Assembly (NCBI GenBank): GCA_963817895.1
Contig: CAWFQB010000005.1
Coordinates: 544,001 to 608,000 of the forward strand
Length of the DNA stretch: 64,000 nt
Origin: an uncultured Chthonomonadaceae bacterium
GTDB taxonomy: Bacteria; Armatimonadota; Chthonomonadetes; Chthonomonadales; Chthonomonadaceae
Reading direction: 5' to 3'
The position numbers and the translations under genes are program-made. Below, piece by piece: positions 54,922 through 64,000 of this stretch (positions are counted from its first letter, which is position 1; each line of letters begins with the position of its first letter). A model generated the notes under the pieces. That model had not been told where the DNA came from. It worked only from the letters and a program-made list of their open reading frames with translations, and did not search any database.

Positions 54922-55388
54922 CAAATAGTAGTGTGGTACAGACGTTCCAATTCGGTGACAATCTGCTGCGAGAGGCGGATGACTTCGGGCAGGCCGGTTG
55001 TGTCGGGGGCGGTGACGTTGGACACGATTTGAAAGTAGGGCTGCCATTGGGCGCGGAGGGTTTGTAGACGTTTTTGGACGCCGTATTCAACGCCTTCGCG
55101 GTAGGTTTCATCGAGTGAAGTGTATTGCGGCAGGGGCGGCAGAGCAAATGCAAACACTTCCAGATCGTCCAACTCTTCCACGTCTACAAGCAGACTCTCT
55201 GATAGCCGCTTGCGAAATGTGCCGTTGTGGTCCAGATGCCCGCCAAGCCGCGTCAACACGCCGCCCCGCGCATTGGTCTGCCCGACATAAACGACGTGGT
55301 TGCGTTTGGAACACAATATGTAGATGTAGGCCATACCCCGTCCGAGGCAGGTACGGCCTAACCTGAAGCGCAGTGTACCCGACAGCAT
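54921..55388 (-). CDS. GIY-YIG-like nuclease
   Basis: YIYIL...VYVGQT......TRLGGH...REGVE pattern (GIY/YIG strands, Arg, Glu). Confidence 0.65.
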   Translation of the reverse strand: MLSGTLRFRLGRTCLGRGMAYIYILCSKRNHVVYVGQTNARGGVLTRLGGHLDHNGTFRKRLSESLLVDVEELDDLEVFAFALPPLPQYTSLDETYREGVEYGVQKRLQTLRAQWQPYFQIVSNVTAPDTTGLPEVIRLSQQIVTELERLYHTTI

Positions 55389-55398
55389 GGCTCTTCAC

Positions 55399-57168
55399 CT
55401 AATCGTCATTGGGAATTTTGTCGCCGACGTCTTTCGCCACTTTAGCCAGCATTTCGGACGCTACGCGGCGATACTCCTGCAAAATGGCTTCAATGTCCTT
55501 GCGGGGATATTTCATGGTCTTCTGCACGTAAACCTCGGCGGCGGCAAGCTGCAAGAGCATCAGGTCGAACACGATGCGCAGGGCGGCGTTGTCAGTGTTG
55601 TCCTGATAGATGGTTTTGGCGAAACGGTGAATGAAGTTGATGCGGACGCAGTTTTTCTTATCAGCGTCATAGTAGGGTTCCCACAGCGCGTTATCCATGA
55701 TGTTGTGAACGGGCATGATGCGGTCACTGGTTCCGGCCTGTTCGCCAACAATGATCTTCTGTATCACTTCGGGCGGTATTTCATCCTCGGTAAAATCTAT
55801 TTCCGGCTGTTGTATTTCCAACAGCAGTTTGGCTTCAGCCTCGAAACGCTCTTCCTGCTCAACGATAATCTCTTGTTGGCGGGCCTGCTTCTCCTGAAAT
55901 GCCTCCTCTGTGTCCGGCTCACCGGGCAATTCTTCGGGAATTTCTGACTGCTGCGCAAGGAGGTTGGCGGTGCTGCCGGGATTCATGCCCGCCCGCCGTT
56001 TTATCTCTTCGCCTGCGTGTTTCCACGCTTTTTTGCTCTTGCGCTTGGCGTCAGTAGAAAAGTCGTCAAGAGCTTTGTAGGCTTCATCGGAAAGATTGAT
56101 GTGCGATTTTTTGACATCTATGTTCAGCACGTCATCCGCGCTGGAATCGATAAAAACGCGCCCGCGAAATGAGTAGAAATCGTTGTCCTGCGGGATAATG
56201 GGGCCGTTGACGCTTGGGAAGCCTTCTGCCCATGAAATCAGGCGTTTGTTACGGTAGACATAGTAGCCATAGTTACCTGCGCCAATGCGGTACAGGTCAC
56301 GTATGCGGGACTGTTCGCCGGTTCCATCGGCTTCAAACGTGGGCGGGTGCGGCAATTGGGTGACTTCCACAACAGCCCTGACGCCCCGTTCGCCGTCGAG
56401 TACCAGTTCCTGCGGTTTTTCGATCCAGCGGGTTTCGCGTCCGTCCCAAATGTTTTCGTCCAGATTGCCGTTTTTGTCGGCTTCCCCGGTAAACAGCACG
56501 TCGAAGGGAGAACACTTTTTGTCTTCGATGTCAATAATCAAGCCATCATCGCGCATGAAGTAGTAGTACACAATACCAACGCGCTGCTGAAGTTCCACAA
56601 CGGTAGAGCGGATACTGGGGTGATTTCCTTTACGAACGTCGGTGACTCGGACAATGGTTCCATGCCCCTCGACGAGATACTCGCCAATCAGAGCGTTATC
56701 TTCATCGGAGAGTTCCACGCGGTCAGCCCCGTAGACGCCGCGCTCTCGGATTTCGGGAAGGGATACTTTGTACTTATGCCATTGCCCGTTACCGTTGCTG
56801 GAAAGCAATTCGAGGGTTTCGCCCTGTGAAAAGGAAGCGGCTTTTAGGCCAAGACCGAATTTGGAGAGAGTGTTAGGCGGGTAGTTGGCATCCGTAGCCC
56901 CAAGCGTGAGCGCATTGATAATGCCTTCCTCATCCATGCCCCTGCCATTGTCAATGATGAGATAGGATTTAACATTGTTCTTCTTGGTATCAGCAACATT
57001 TTTCTCTGGAACAATTTTAACAGATATGCACTTTGCGCCAGCTACAACAGAATTGTCTATAATATCACAGATGGCTGCGTGTGGCGTATAACCAATTTTG
57101 CTAAGTCCATCGCAAATTCTACCCGCGTCCATCTTCAGACTGACAAATGCCATTCTACTTTCCTCCAC
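55399..57168 (-). CDS. MORC-like GHKL (HATPase_c) ATPase
   Basis: GYTPHAAICDIIDNS (N box), DNGRGM (G1), SKFGLGLKAAS (G2), HGTIV (G3), YVYRNKRLI and IDVKKS S5-fold motifs, charged helical C-terminus. Confidence 0.85.
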   Translation of the reverse strand: MEESRMAFVSLKMDAGRICDGLSKIGYTPHAAICDIIDNSVVAGAKCISVKIVPEKNVADTKKNNVKSYLIIDNGRGMDEEGIINALTLGATDANYPPNTLSKFGLGLKAASFSQGETLELLSSNGNGQWHKYKVSLPEIRERGVYGADRVELSDEDNALIGEYLVEGHGTIVRVTDVRKGNHPSIRSTVVELQQRVGIVYYYFMRDDGLIIDIEDKKCSPFDVLFTGEADKNGNLDENIWDGRETRWIEKPQELVLDGERGVRAVVEVTQLPHPPTFEADGTGEQSRIRDLYRIGAGNYGYYVYRNKRLISWAEGFPSVNGPIIPQDNDFYSFRGRVFIDSSADDVLNIDVKKSHINLSDEAYKALDDFSTDAKRKSKKAWKHAGEEIKRRAGMNPGSTANLLAQQSEIPEELPGEPDTEEAFQEKQARQQEIIVEQEERFEAEAKLLLEIQQPEIDFTEDEIPPEVIQKIIVGEQAGTSDRIMPVHNIMDNALWEPYYDADKKNCVRINFIHRFAKTIYQDNTDNAALRIVFDLMLLQLAAAEVYVQKTMKYPRKDIEAILQEYRRVASEMLAKVAKDVGDKIPNDD

Positions 57169-57170
57169 AG

Positions 57171-58013
57171 TTATAAATGACAGATCAAGCAGGCTTGATC
57201 GCTGTCTTCATCATCAAGGACTTTCTCGAAAATTTCGGTCAGGCGTTTGGGTTTTTTGTTGGCCTGCTCGTAGGCCATCGCCTCTTCGTGCATAGCGCGG
57301 ATTTTGGCGACCCGTTCGGGCTGTTCCAGTTCGCTCAGGCTTTCGTTTTGCGCCCATGTGTAACGCCGGACTACGCCCGTGAGCGGATCGGTTTCTTCCT
57401 TTTCAAACGTTTTGGCTTTTTCGTACAGGTCGGGATGTTCGCGTTTCAGGTTTGCCCACTCCACTTTGCGCTGAAAAAAGCAGAAGTAGCAGCCGGAACG
57501 GGTACGCCACTTATAATAGTCCGGCAGGCCCAAACTCGCGTCTTCCAGAATCTGGTACACGCCCTCTTTGTCAATGCCCGCGTCCTTGAACGGGTATACG
57601 GCCTGTATGTTTTCCTTGTGGGAAATGTAGCCGTCCCGGTTCTCATCGGCGCGGATAGCCACATACGACATAATTCGTGCGCCCGGAAACTCCGAATCAA
57701 GCCAGCGTTCAAACGGCTCGATTTTCAGTTTCGCGGTACACCAGCGCATACGCGGCGAGGGCAGGTAATTGTTATAGATTTTCAGGTAGTGGCTGAAAGG
57801 CCGATCCGGGTTCAGGCGCGTAATCGGCTTGCCCAAAAAATTTTCCAGTTTCCCTAAATAATCGTAGGTTTCCTCTAGCTCTTCGCCTGTATCGCAAAAG
57901 TAGTAGTGCATGTCGGGTACGCGGTCGCGCATATACACGGCAAGCGCGGTGCTGTCCTTACCGCCCGATATGCCCAATACGTTCACCACATTTTGCCCGG
58001 TTTGCTCAGTCAT
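57171..58013 (-). CDS. sspD: PAPS-reductase-family protein, SspD-like
   Basis: PP-loop GISGGKDS, RWCT..LK, IRADE, RSGCYFC, terminal CLIC; context with DUF4007 and ATPase. Confidence 0.78.
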   Translation of the reverse strand: MTEQTGQNVVNVLGISGGKDSTALAVYMRDRVPDMHYYFCDTGEELEETYDYLGKLENFLGKPITRLNPDRPFSHYLKIYNNYLPSPRMRWCTAKLKIEPFERWLDSEFPGARIMSYVAIRADENRDGYISHKENIQAVYPFKDAGIDKEGVYQILEDASLGLPDYYKWRTRSGCYFCFFQRKVEWANLKREHPDLYEKAKTFEKEETDPLTGVVRRYTWAQNESLSELEQPERVAKIRAMHEEAMAYEQANKKPKRLTEIFEKVLDDEDSDQACLICHL

Positions 58014-61000
58014 GGGGTTGACCTTTCAGCAGGTTTTGAACCAGTTGGCTGACGACTGCCAATCTTACCTCTTCAGGTTCGCCTCGTAATGTATATTCGA
58101 AATCATTCAGCAGTTTTCGACACAGTGAGTCTATTTTTTCGGTGTCCATTTTCTGCACAAACACGATACGCGATTCTTCTGCGCCCGTGTCGGTTGTTAC
58201 GGCAAGCCGCAGCCCCGTTTGCTCATCGCTATTCGACCTGCGCTGTCGTTCAAACTGAATCACTTCCGCATGTTGAAACGCGGAAATTAATGGTGGCAGA
58301 CGATTTACAAAGCGCTCTTCTTCTGTATCGCTCCAAACATCTGGCGGGCGCGTGGAGATTCCTCCGGCAACCAATTCCAGCCACTCTTTGCGTTTGTACG
58401 CTTCATCCCCGGCACGCACAACGAACGATTTCAAGCGCGGCTCGGTAACGTGCGACAGAATAGAAGCGGAACGGGCGCGTAACTCCTCCCAATCCTTTGT
58501 GCCGAATCCGTTTGTCAGGGCGCGTTCAATGCGCGACAACAGCGCATCGTAAGCCCCCATCACTTCGCTTAGTGATGTATTCCAGTCCATGAAGAACTGC
58601 TCTACGTTTTCCGGGTCTTCCGCCTGCGCCGTAAACGCCCTTGCGCCGAGCAAACGCGGCAGAAACGAGAACAACAATTTTTCCGGCTCTTTGCCTTCCC
58701 GCAGTAAATCGCGTACGGCTTTTGCGGACGGTTCCAGTTTGCGCGTGTGTAGCGTGTAGTCAGGCAATTTGTTTACAACGCGGTATAATTGCCTTACAAC
58801 GTTGACCAGTGTTATTTCGTCACCCGACTTCAATAATCCTCTTGCAAAACGATCTAAAACGGTTTGTCTTTCTCCCGCAATACGACAGCCTTGCAGCGTG
58901 AAATCTTCCCGGCGCTTAATCAACCGCTCGAAAGTCGCCGCGTCTAGTTCGACTACGAACCGGCCCTCTTCGTAAACAACAACCTCATTGGTATTGTACA
59001 GCAACACGGCACACAGTAGAACCGGAATAACTTGTTCTGCTAGTCCAAATGGACGTGCCTGCAAAATGTCGTACAACTGCGTTAAAGGCCGCGCTTCCAA
59101 TGCGCCCTCAAACAGAAAATCATCAATGGCTTTCCACACCTGTACCAGTGCCGGATCGTTCTCATGGTAGGGTGGGAAAATGCCCCATGTCTCGCCGTTT
59201 ACACTGCGGTGTATGCCCGTGCTTTCCAGAATGGAAACGTACATACTCATTTCCGGTGGGAACCCGTCAATGCCCAACTGTTTCTGCTCATAACGCAAAA
59301 TCATCGCTTCAATCAGAATGCGACGGGCGGCGGCAGACGTAGAGGAAATCTGACGACGGTTAATCAATTCGTTCAGCAGTTTCGGAGTTTGCGGGTAGGC
59401 TGTATCGCAGGCAGTAGAAACTAATTCCACAAGTTGCCGATTGGAGGAAAGCGGCGCGACTTCGCCGTTGTAATACCAAACGCTGCTGTCCGCCATATCC
59501 CTCTGCGGGTGCATCAGGCGGTTCCATTCCGATTTGAACGCTTCTGTTGCATCAAGTAGGCGTTCCGACACCTCGCGTTGCGCCACTCTGTCTTTTTCCA
59601 GTTCCGGTGTATCCTTCTGAACCATTTCCAGACTGCTAACAGCAACCGCCGTTTCGCGCAGGGCATCGCTTTCCACGTTGATACCAATAATTATGTCAGG
59701 ATGTTCTAAAGACAAACGTTGCGCCGTTGCTTCCGCTTCCCGAAAGTCTGCCTGATGCATAGCAAGACACAACAGCATCAGCCCGTCAGCGTCAGCATGT
59801 CCGACCCTGACTTCGGCCTCGATCTCATCAGCGCGGCAATAGCGAACGTCGAAAAAGCGCAATGTGCCTGTCAGATACGAGTGACGCCGCGCCACAACGG
59901 GCAGCATCGTTTCCAGTCGACGCGCTGTGGCAACCACATCCGTACCCTGAAAAAAGTGCGGTTTGGCGTCACGCAAGCGGGCGTCAATGTCTACGTCGCT
60001 GCCCTCATATAAACGGTAGGCTTTTTTGAAACGCCGATACGTAATCAAGGTTGCCGTTTCCAGCGCGTCAATCGCTTCCGAAATCTGCGTGGCGGTAATG
60101 CCCGGTTCGATCAGGGCAAATTCAAGCATCTTTTTCGATGGCAAAATTCGCGTCTGTTCGCCCAAAATATGCAGCAATCCGATTGTTTTCACCAGCCTGC
60201 TTTGCAGCGACGATGTGTTGCTCAGTCGGTACAACGCCTCCTGCGTTTCGCTCCAGAGTTTCGCGGTTGCATGGGAATACAGCGCGGAACCGAGCGTTGC
60301 CACCACATAATCATACAGGTGGTCTACCCGGATTTGCGGCAGGTTCTTCCCATCCAAAACATGCGCGTCCAAAAACTCCTTGAAACCAAACGGCTCATCG
60401 GACGCCAGAAACGAAAACAGCGACCGCTCATTCTGCCCGAACCGTTGAAACAGCGTCGGCATAATCAGAAACGTCAGAGGATGCATCGGGTACACCTGTC
60501 GCAGCATCTCGCCAAAATCGGCGGACGGCAGCGACTTCGGTACAATGTGCAACTGCGTACAGGTTGCAAGGTTCTGTTCAGCAACGTTTTCTAACAGATT
60601 TTTGGTTTCGGGTGTCGGCTGCGGCTGAATGGCCTGCGCCAGCAATCGCAAAATCGCTTCCGGTCCATCCCCGAACGGAATGTCCGCGAAACGCCCCTGT
60701 ACCTTATGCCACTCGTTGCGCTGCGGCCCGCTCAACCGATAAGCGTACTCCTCAAACGCCTGATGCAAAATGGTGACAAACACAATCGCGTTGTCGCCGC
60801 TGCGTGACGCGCACTCTGCCAGTTCTTGAAGTACCTGCGTGTCGCTCTGCTCCGTGTGCAGGGCGGCGTACTCCAAAAACTTGCCCATTTCATCTACCAC
60901 TACCAGCAGCCCCGCACACCCGGCAACATGGGCGCGAACATTTTTCGACGCGATTTCAAACAGGCGGACGACATCTTTAGCGCGGGGTTCCGAACTGCTG

Positions 61001-61527
61001 CCACTTCCAGACGCGCTGACGCTTGCCAACTCCTCGCGAATAGCCTGTATCACCACCTCTTTTGCATCCGCAGGCAGATAGTCCAGCGATTGAATCAAGC
61101 CGCGTACCAGAGCAAGCGCAAGCGGTTCCCGCGTCCCCGTCACCAAAACCGGCCAAAATCCCGCCTCTTTTTTGGCAAACAGCGTCGTGTTCAAAGCCGC
61201 CGACTGCGGCCGCGCTTCCCGGCGCAAATTGGCATCCCCAATCTTGCCGACCGCCAGCGTTTTCGCCGCGAACAACGCGAACGCCGATTTTCCCGTGCCA
61301 TACGCGCCCGTCAAACTGTACGCCCGCGCGTTCGGGTTGCGAATCCCCTCCGCGATCCGTTCCAGAGCCGACAGCGCGGCGGGAGTCGGCACATACCCTT
61401 GCAGCGCGTCCACGCTGTAAAAGTCGCGCTCCAAATTCACGGAACGCAGAAACCGTTGGCGCACTCCGACCAACTCTGTCAGGCGCAAACCCGGTTCTGC
61501 CTGTTTCTCAGTCAGTATAGTAGGCAT
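58006..61527 (-). CDS. sspC: large P-loop ATPase, SspC-like
   Basis: FLRSVNLERD, Walker A GAYGTGKS, Walker B VVVDEMGKFLE, EW.KVQGRF, YPMHP, QNERSLFSFL; 1173 aa. Confidence 0.78.
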   Translation of the reverse strand: MPTILTEKQAEPGLRLTELVGVRQRFLRSVNLERDFYSVDALQGYVPTPAALSALERIAEGIRNPNARAYSLTGAYGTGKSAFALFAAKTLAVGKIGDANLRREARPQSAALNTTLFAKKEAGFWPVLVTGTREPLALALVRGLIQSLDYLPADAKEVVIQAIREELASVSASGSGSSSEPRAKDVVRLFEIASKNVRAHVAGCAGLLVVVDEMGKFLEYAALHTEQSDTQVLQELAECASRSGDNAIVFVTILHQAFEEYAYRLSGPQRNEWHKVQGRFADIPFGDGPEAILRLLAQAIQPQPTPETKNLLENVAEQNLATCTQLHIVPKSLPSADFGEMLRQVYPMHPLTFLIMPTLFQRFGQNERSLFSFLASDEPFGFKEFLDAHVLDGKNLPQIRVDHLYDYVVATLGSALYSHATAKLWSETQEALYRLSNTSSLQSRLVKTIGLLHILGEQTRILPSKKMLEFALIEPGITATQISEAIDALETATLITYRRFKKAYRLYEGSDVDIDARLRDAKPHFFQGTDVVATARRLETMLPVVARRHSYLTGTLRFFDVRYCRADEIEAEVRVGHADADGLMLLCLAMHQADFREAEATAQRLSLEHPDIIIGINVESDALRETAVAVSSLEMVQKDTPELEKDRVAQREVSERLLDATEAFKSEWNRLMHPQRDMADSSVWYYNGEVAPLSSNRQLVELVSTACDTAYPQTPKLLNELINRRQISSTSAAARRILIEAMILRYEQKQLGIDGFPPEMSMYVSILESTGIHRSVNGETWGIFPPYHENDPALVQVWKAIDDFLFEGALEARPLTQLYDILQARPFGLAEQVIPVLLCAVLLYNTNEVVVYEEGRFVVELDAATFERLIKRREDFTLQGCRIAGERQTVLDRFARGLLKSGDEITLVNVVRQLYRVVNKLPDYTLHTRKLEPSAKAVRDLLREGKEPEKLLFSFLPRLLGARAFTAQAEDPENVEQFFMDWNTSLSEVMGAYDALLSRIERALTNGFGTKDWEELRARSASILSHVTEPRLKSFVVRAGDEAYKRKEWLELVAGGISTRPPDVWSDTEEERFVNRLPPLISAFQHAEVIQFERQRRSNSDEQTGLRLAVTTDTGAEESRIVFVQKMDTEKIDSLCRKLLNDFEYTLRGEPEEVRLAVVSQLVQNLLKGQPHD

Positions 61528-62440
61528 TCAAAACCTCTTCTTTGCCAATGTCGCCATGCCGCGCCACCTGCCGGATCATCACCGTATCGCTGAACGTCAA
61601 GCGCCCCTGTGTCAATTCCGCCAGCGTATCCAGATACCCCAACACCGTATCATCATCCAATCGGAAAATGCGCCCCGGACTCCCCTCGCCGTACACGATC
61701 TCGCGCAGGCTCAAGGTTTCCTGATTGGAATGTCGCTCCTCCCAACAGTGCAGCAGCGCGTACACGAAAATCGCCGGGGGCAAACTCTCCTTCGGCTCCG
61801 TGTTGAAACGGTAGCGATCCCCCACGCTCAACAGCAAGCCCAGGTTCGTCAGCGGACAATCCAGCGACTCTTCCGCCGTTGACGCAGGCCCGCGCCGCCC
61901 GGTCACATACGTTCGCAAAAAGCAGTTCACATCGTTTTTCAGCGTAGTATCGGAAACCTGCCCCCACGTCCGTTCCGCCGCCACCCGCTTCAAACCCTCC
62001 ATCAAACTCTCGCGGGTAAACTCCGGTTCGCGCATCAGATTGAACGCCCAGTACCACGTCGTCGCCCGCCGCGCATTGGTAGCCAGATGCCAGTGCAGCA
62101 GCCAGAGCGTCCCCTCATCTTCCAGATACTTGTCGTACCCCGGTTCCAGAAACAACGACTTTCCCAACTCGGACGGCAGCAATGGCTTCGTTCTGTTGGA
62201 AGGTAACGCCCCCTCTTCCAGAACTTGCGTCGCCAGACACCAGTGCCGAATCGAGCGCACCATGTTTTTGCCCACGCCAAGCGTCACTATCGCATCATCG
62301 CGCCCGAAAATTTCCGGCTGCCGGGTAATGCCGTCCAATCCCTTTTTCAGCCACGCATAGCGAAAAGGAAACGTCTCGTGACCCGAAAACGACGGATGCA
62401 GGGAAAGCGAAGGCTGGGCCGTCAAACCCATCGAAGACAT
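61508..62440 (-). CDS. sspB: DUF4007 family protein, SspB-like
   Basis: FSGHETFPFRYAWLKKG, LGVGKNMVRSIRHW, DKYLED.GTLWLLHW, SPGRIFRL. Confidence 0.85.
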   Translation of the reverse strand: MSSMGLTAQPSLSLHPSFSGHETFPFRYAWLKKGLDGITRQPEIFGRDDAIVTLGVGKNMVRSIRHWCLATQVLEEGALPSNRTKPLLPSELGKSLFLEPGYDKYLEDEGTLWLLHWHLATNARRATTWYWAFNLMREPEFTRESLMEGLKRVAAERTWGQVSDTTLKNDVNCFLRTYVTGRRGPASTAEESLDCPLTNLGLLLSVGDRYRFNTEPKESLPPAIFVYALLHCWEERHSNQETLSLREIVYGEGSPGRIFRLDDDTVLGYLDTLAELTQGRLTFSDTVMIRQVARHGDIGKEEVLNAYYTD

Positions 62441-62530
62441 AGAGGAATATCCTTAGTACGGCGCAATGCCGAAAATTTAGCGGTAACTGCGGGCGCATCC
62501 AAGCGCAAAAACGCGCCCGGATACACCCGC

Positions 62531-62560
62531 ATTATGACGTATAACCCGGATTTCCGTCAA
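62531..62560 (-). promoter_or_regulatory. sigma70-type promoter of the ssp-like operon
   Basis: Minus strand TTGACG-18-CATAAT about 90 nt upstream of the DUF4007 gene. Confidence 0.55.
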
Positions 62561-62612
62561 GCCAATTTGCGTAGAAATGCCAGCCCCGCGCATCTAAAAG
62601 CCTGTCTCAATA

Positions 62613-62664
62613 GGTTCCCCTTCTCCCAGGCTTTTTTGGGAGAAGGGGTTAGGGGTTGAGGGCT
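62613..62664. repeat. CCCTTCTCCC...GGGAGAAGGGG palindromic REP-like element
   Basis: Related copies at ~11850-11891, 23252-23301, 23508-23551, 34481-34520. Confidence 0.8.
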
Positions 62665-63138
62665 AATTGGAAAAGGCTGCTAAATTGAACACTCTGTCCC
62701 CGGCTTCTACCCTCATCTGTCATAAGCCACCAAAGTTCAAAATTTTTGCAAAACTTTCGCGAAAACTTCTTGAGGATACTTCTAAAAAAGTGGACGAATG
62801 TTAATATACGGGGTCTGCCAAATAGAATACTGTCCCCAAGTAACAAGGGAAGGAGGTGCAAAAAGATGCCAATTCACATCCGACAGCCTTAACCATTCGG
62901 AGGTCACGACGCCTCTTCTTACAACCTGACACAACGAGGCCGAGTGCTGGAAGCGCTGCATTGCCAATATTTCGACGACGCCTCTACATATTTCTCTCCC
63001 CATTTAGAGACATTTGCCCTGTACCGTTTCCTGTTTTCGCGTCCCTGCAAGCCGTATCGGGTATAATCAATCCCGAACCGTTGGCGCGAGGTGGCAATTC
63101 TGCCGCGTTCCGCCCCAACCACTTTGCCGCGAAAGAAG

Positions 63139-64000
<862 letters not shown>

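Noticed and set aside
57171..58013. cysH (sulfate assimilation PAPS reductase)
   Set aside because: No cys genes nearby, no ECGLH-type tail, and it overlaps a DUF4007/ATPase operon
54921..62440. BREX type 4 or DndABCDE system
   Set aside because: No pglZ, brxL, dndB, dndD or dndE-like ORFs; DUF4007 and PAPS reductase are separate genes in sspBCD order

Overview
A GC-rich bacterial chromosomal window. The short PEP-CTERM proteins, ECF sigma/anti-sigma pairs and dense 7-9 bp repeat arrays suggest Armatimonadota (inference). It contains housekeeping genes (trpF, prs, glmU, Nif3-like, HIT, DUF1015) and secreted or carbohydrate-active proteins. A ~15 kb K+/Na+ homeostasis locus holds DUF2294, two micro-ORFs including kdpF, kdpABC, a porin, a Na+/H+ antiporter, a HAMP kinase with response regulator, a KimA-like transporter and a stand-alone KdpD-N/USP; its genes between ~24 and 36 kb carry many +1 insertions that look like sequencing errors. 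Also present are a SigR/SigH-like redox module, toxin-antitoxin modules and several MITE/REP families. The standout is a tightly coupled minus-strand five-gene operon (62440->54921): DUF4007 (SspB-like), large P-loop ATPase (SspC-like) and PAPS-reductase-family protein (SspD-like), i.e. an Ssp-type DNA phosphorothioation module. It is followed not by SspE or SspFGH but by a MORC-like GHKL ATPase and a small GIY-YIG nuclease, a candidate new effector arm for a phosphorothioate-based defence system. All calls come from reading motifs by eye; no database searches were run.
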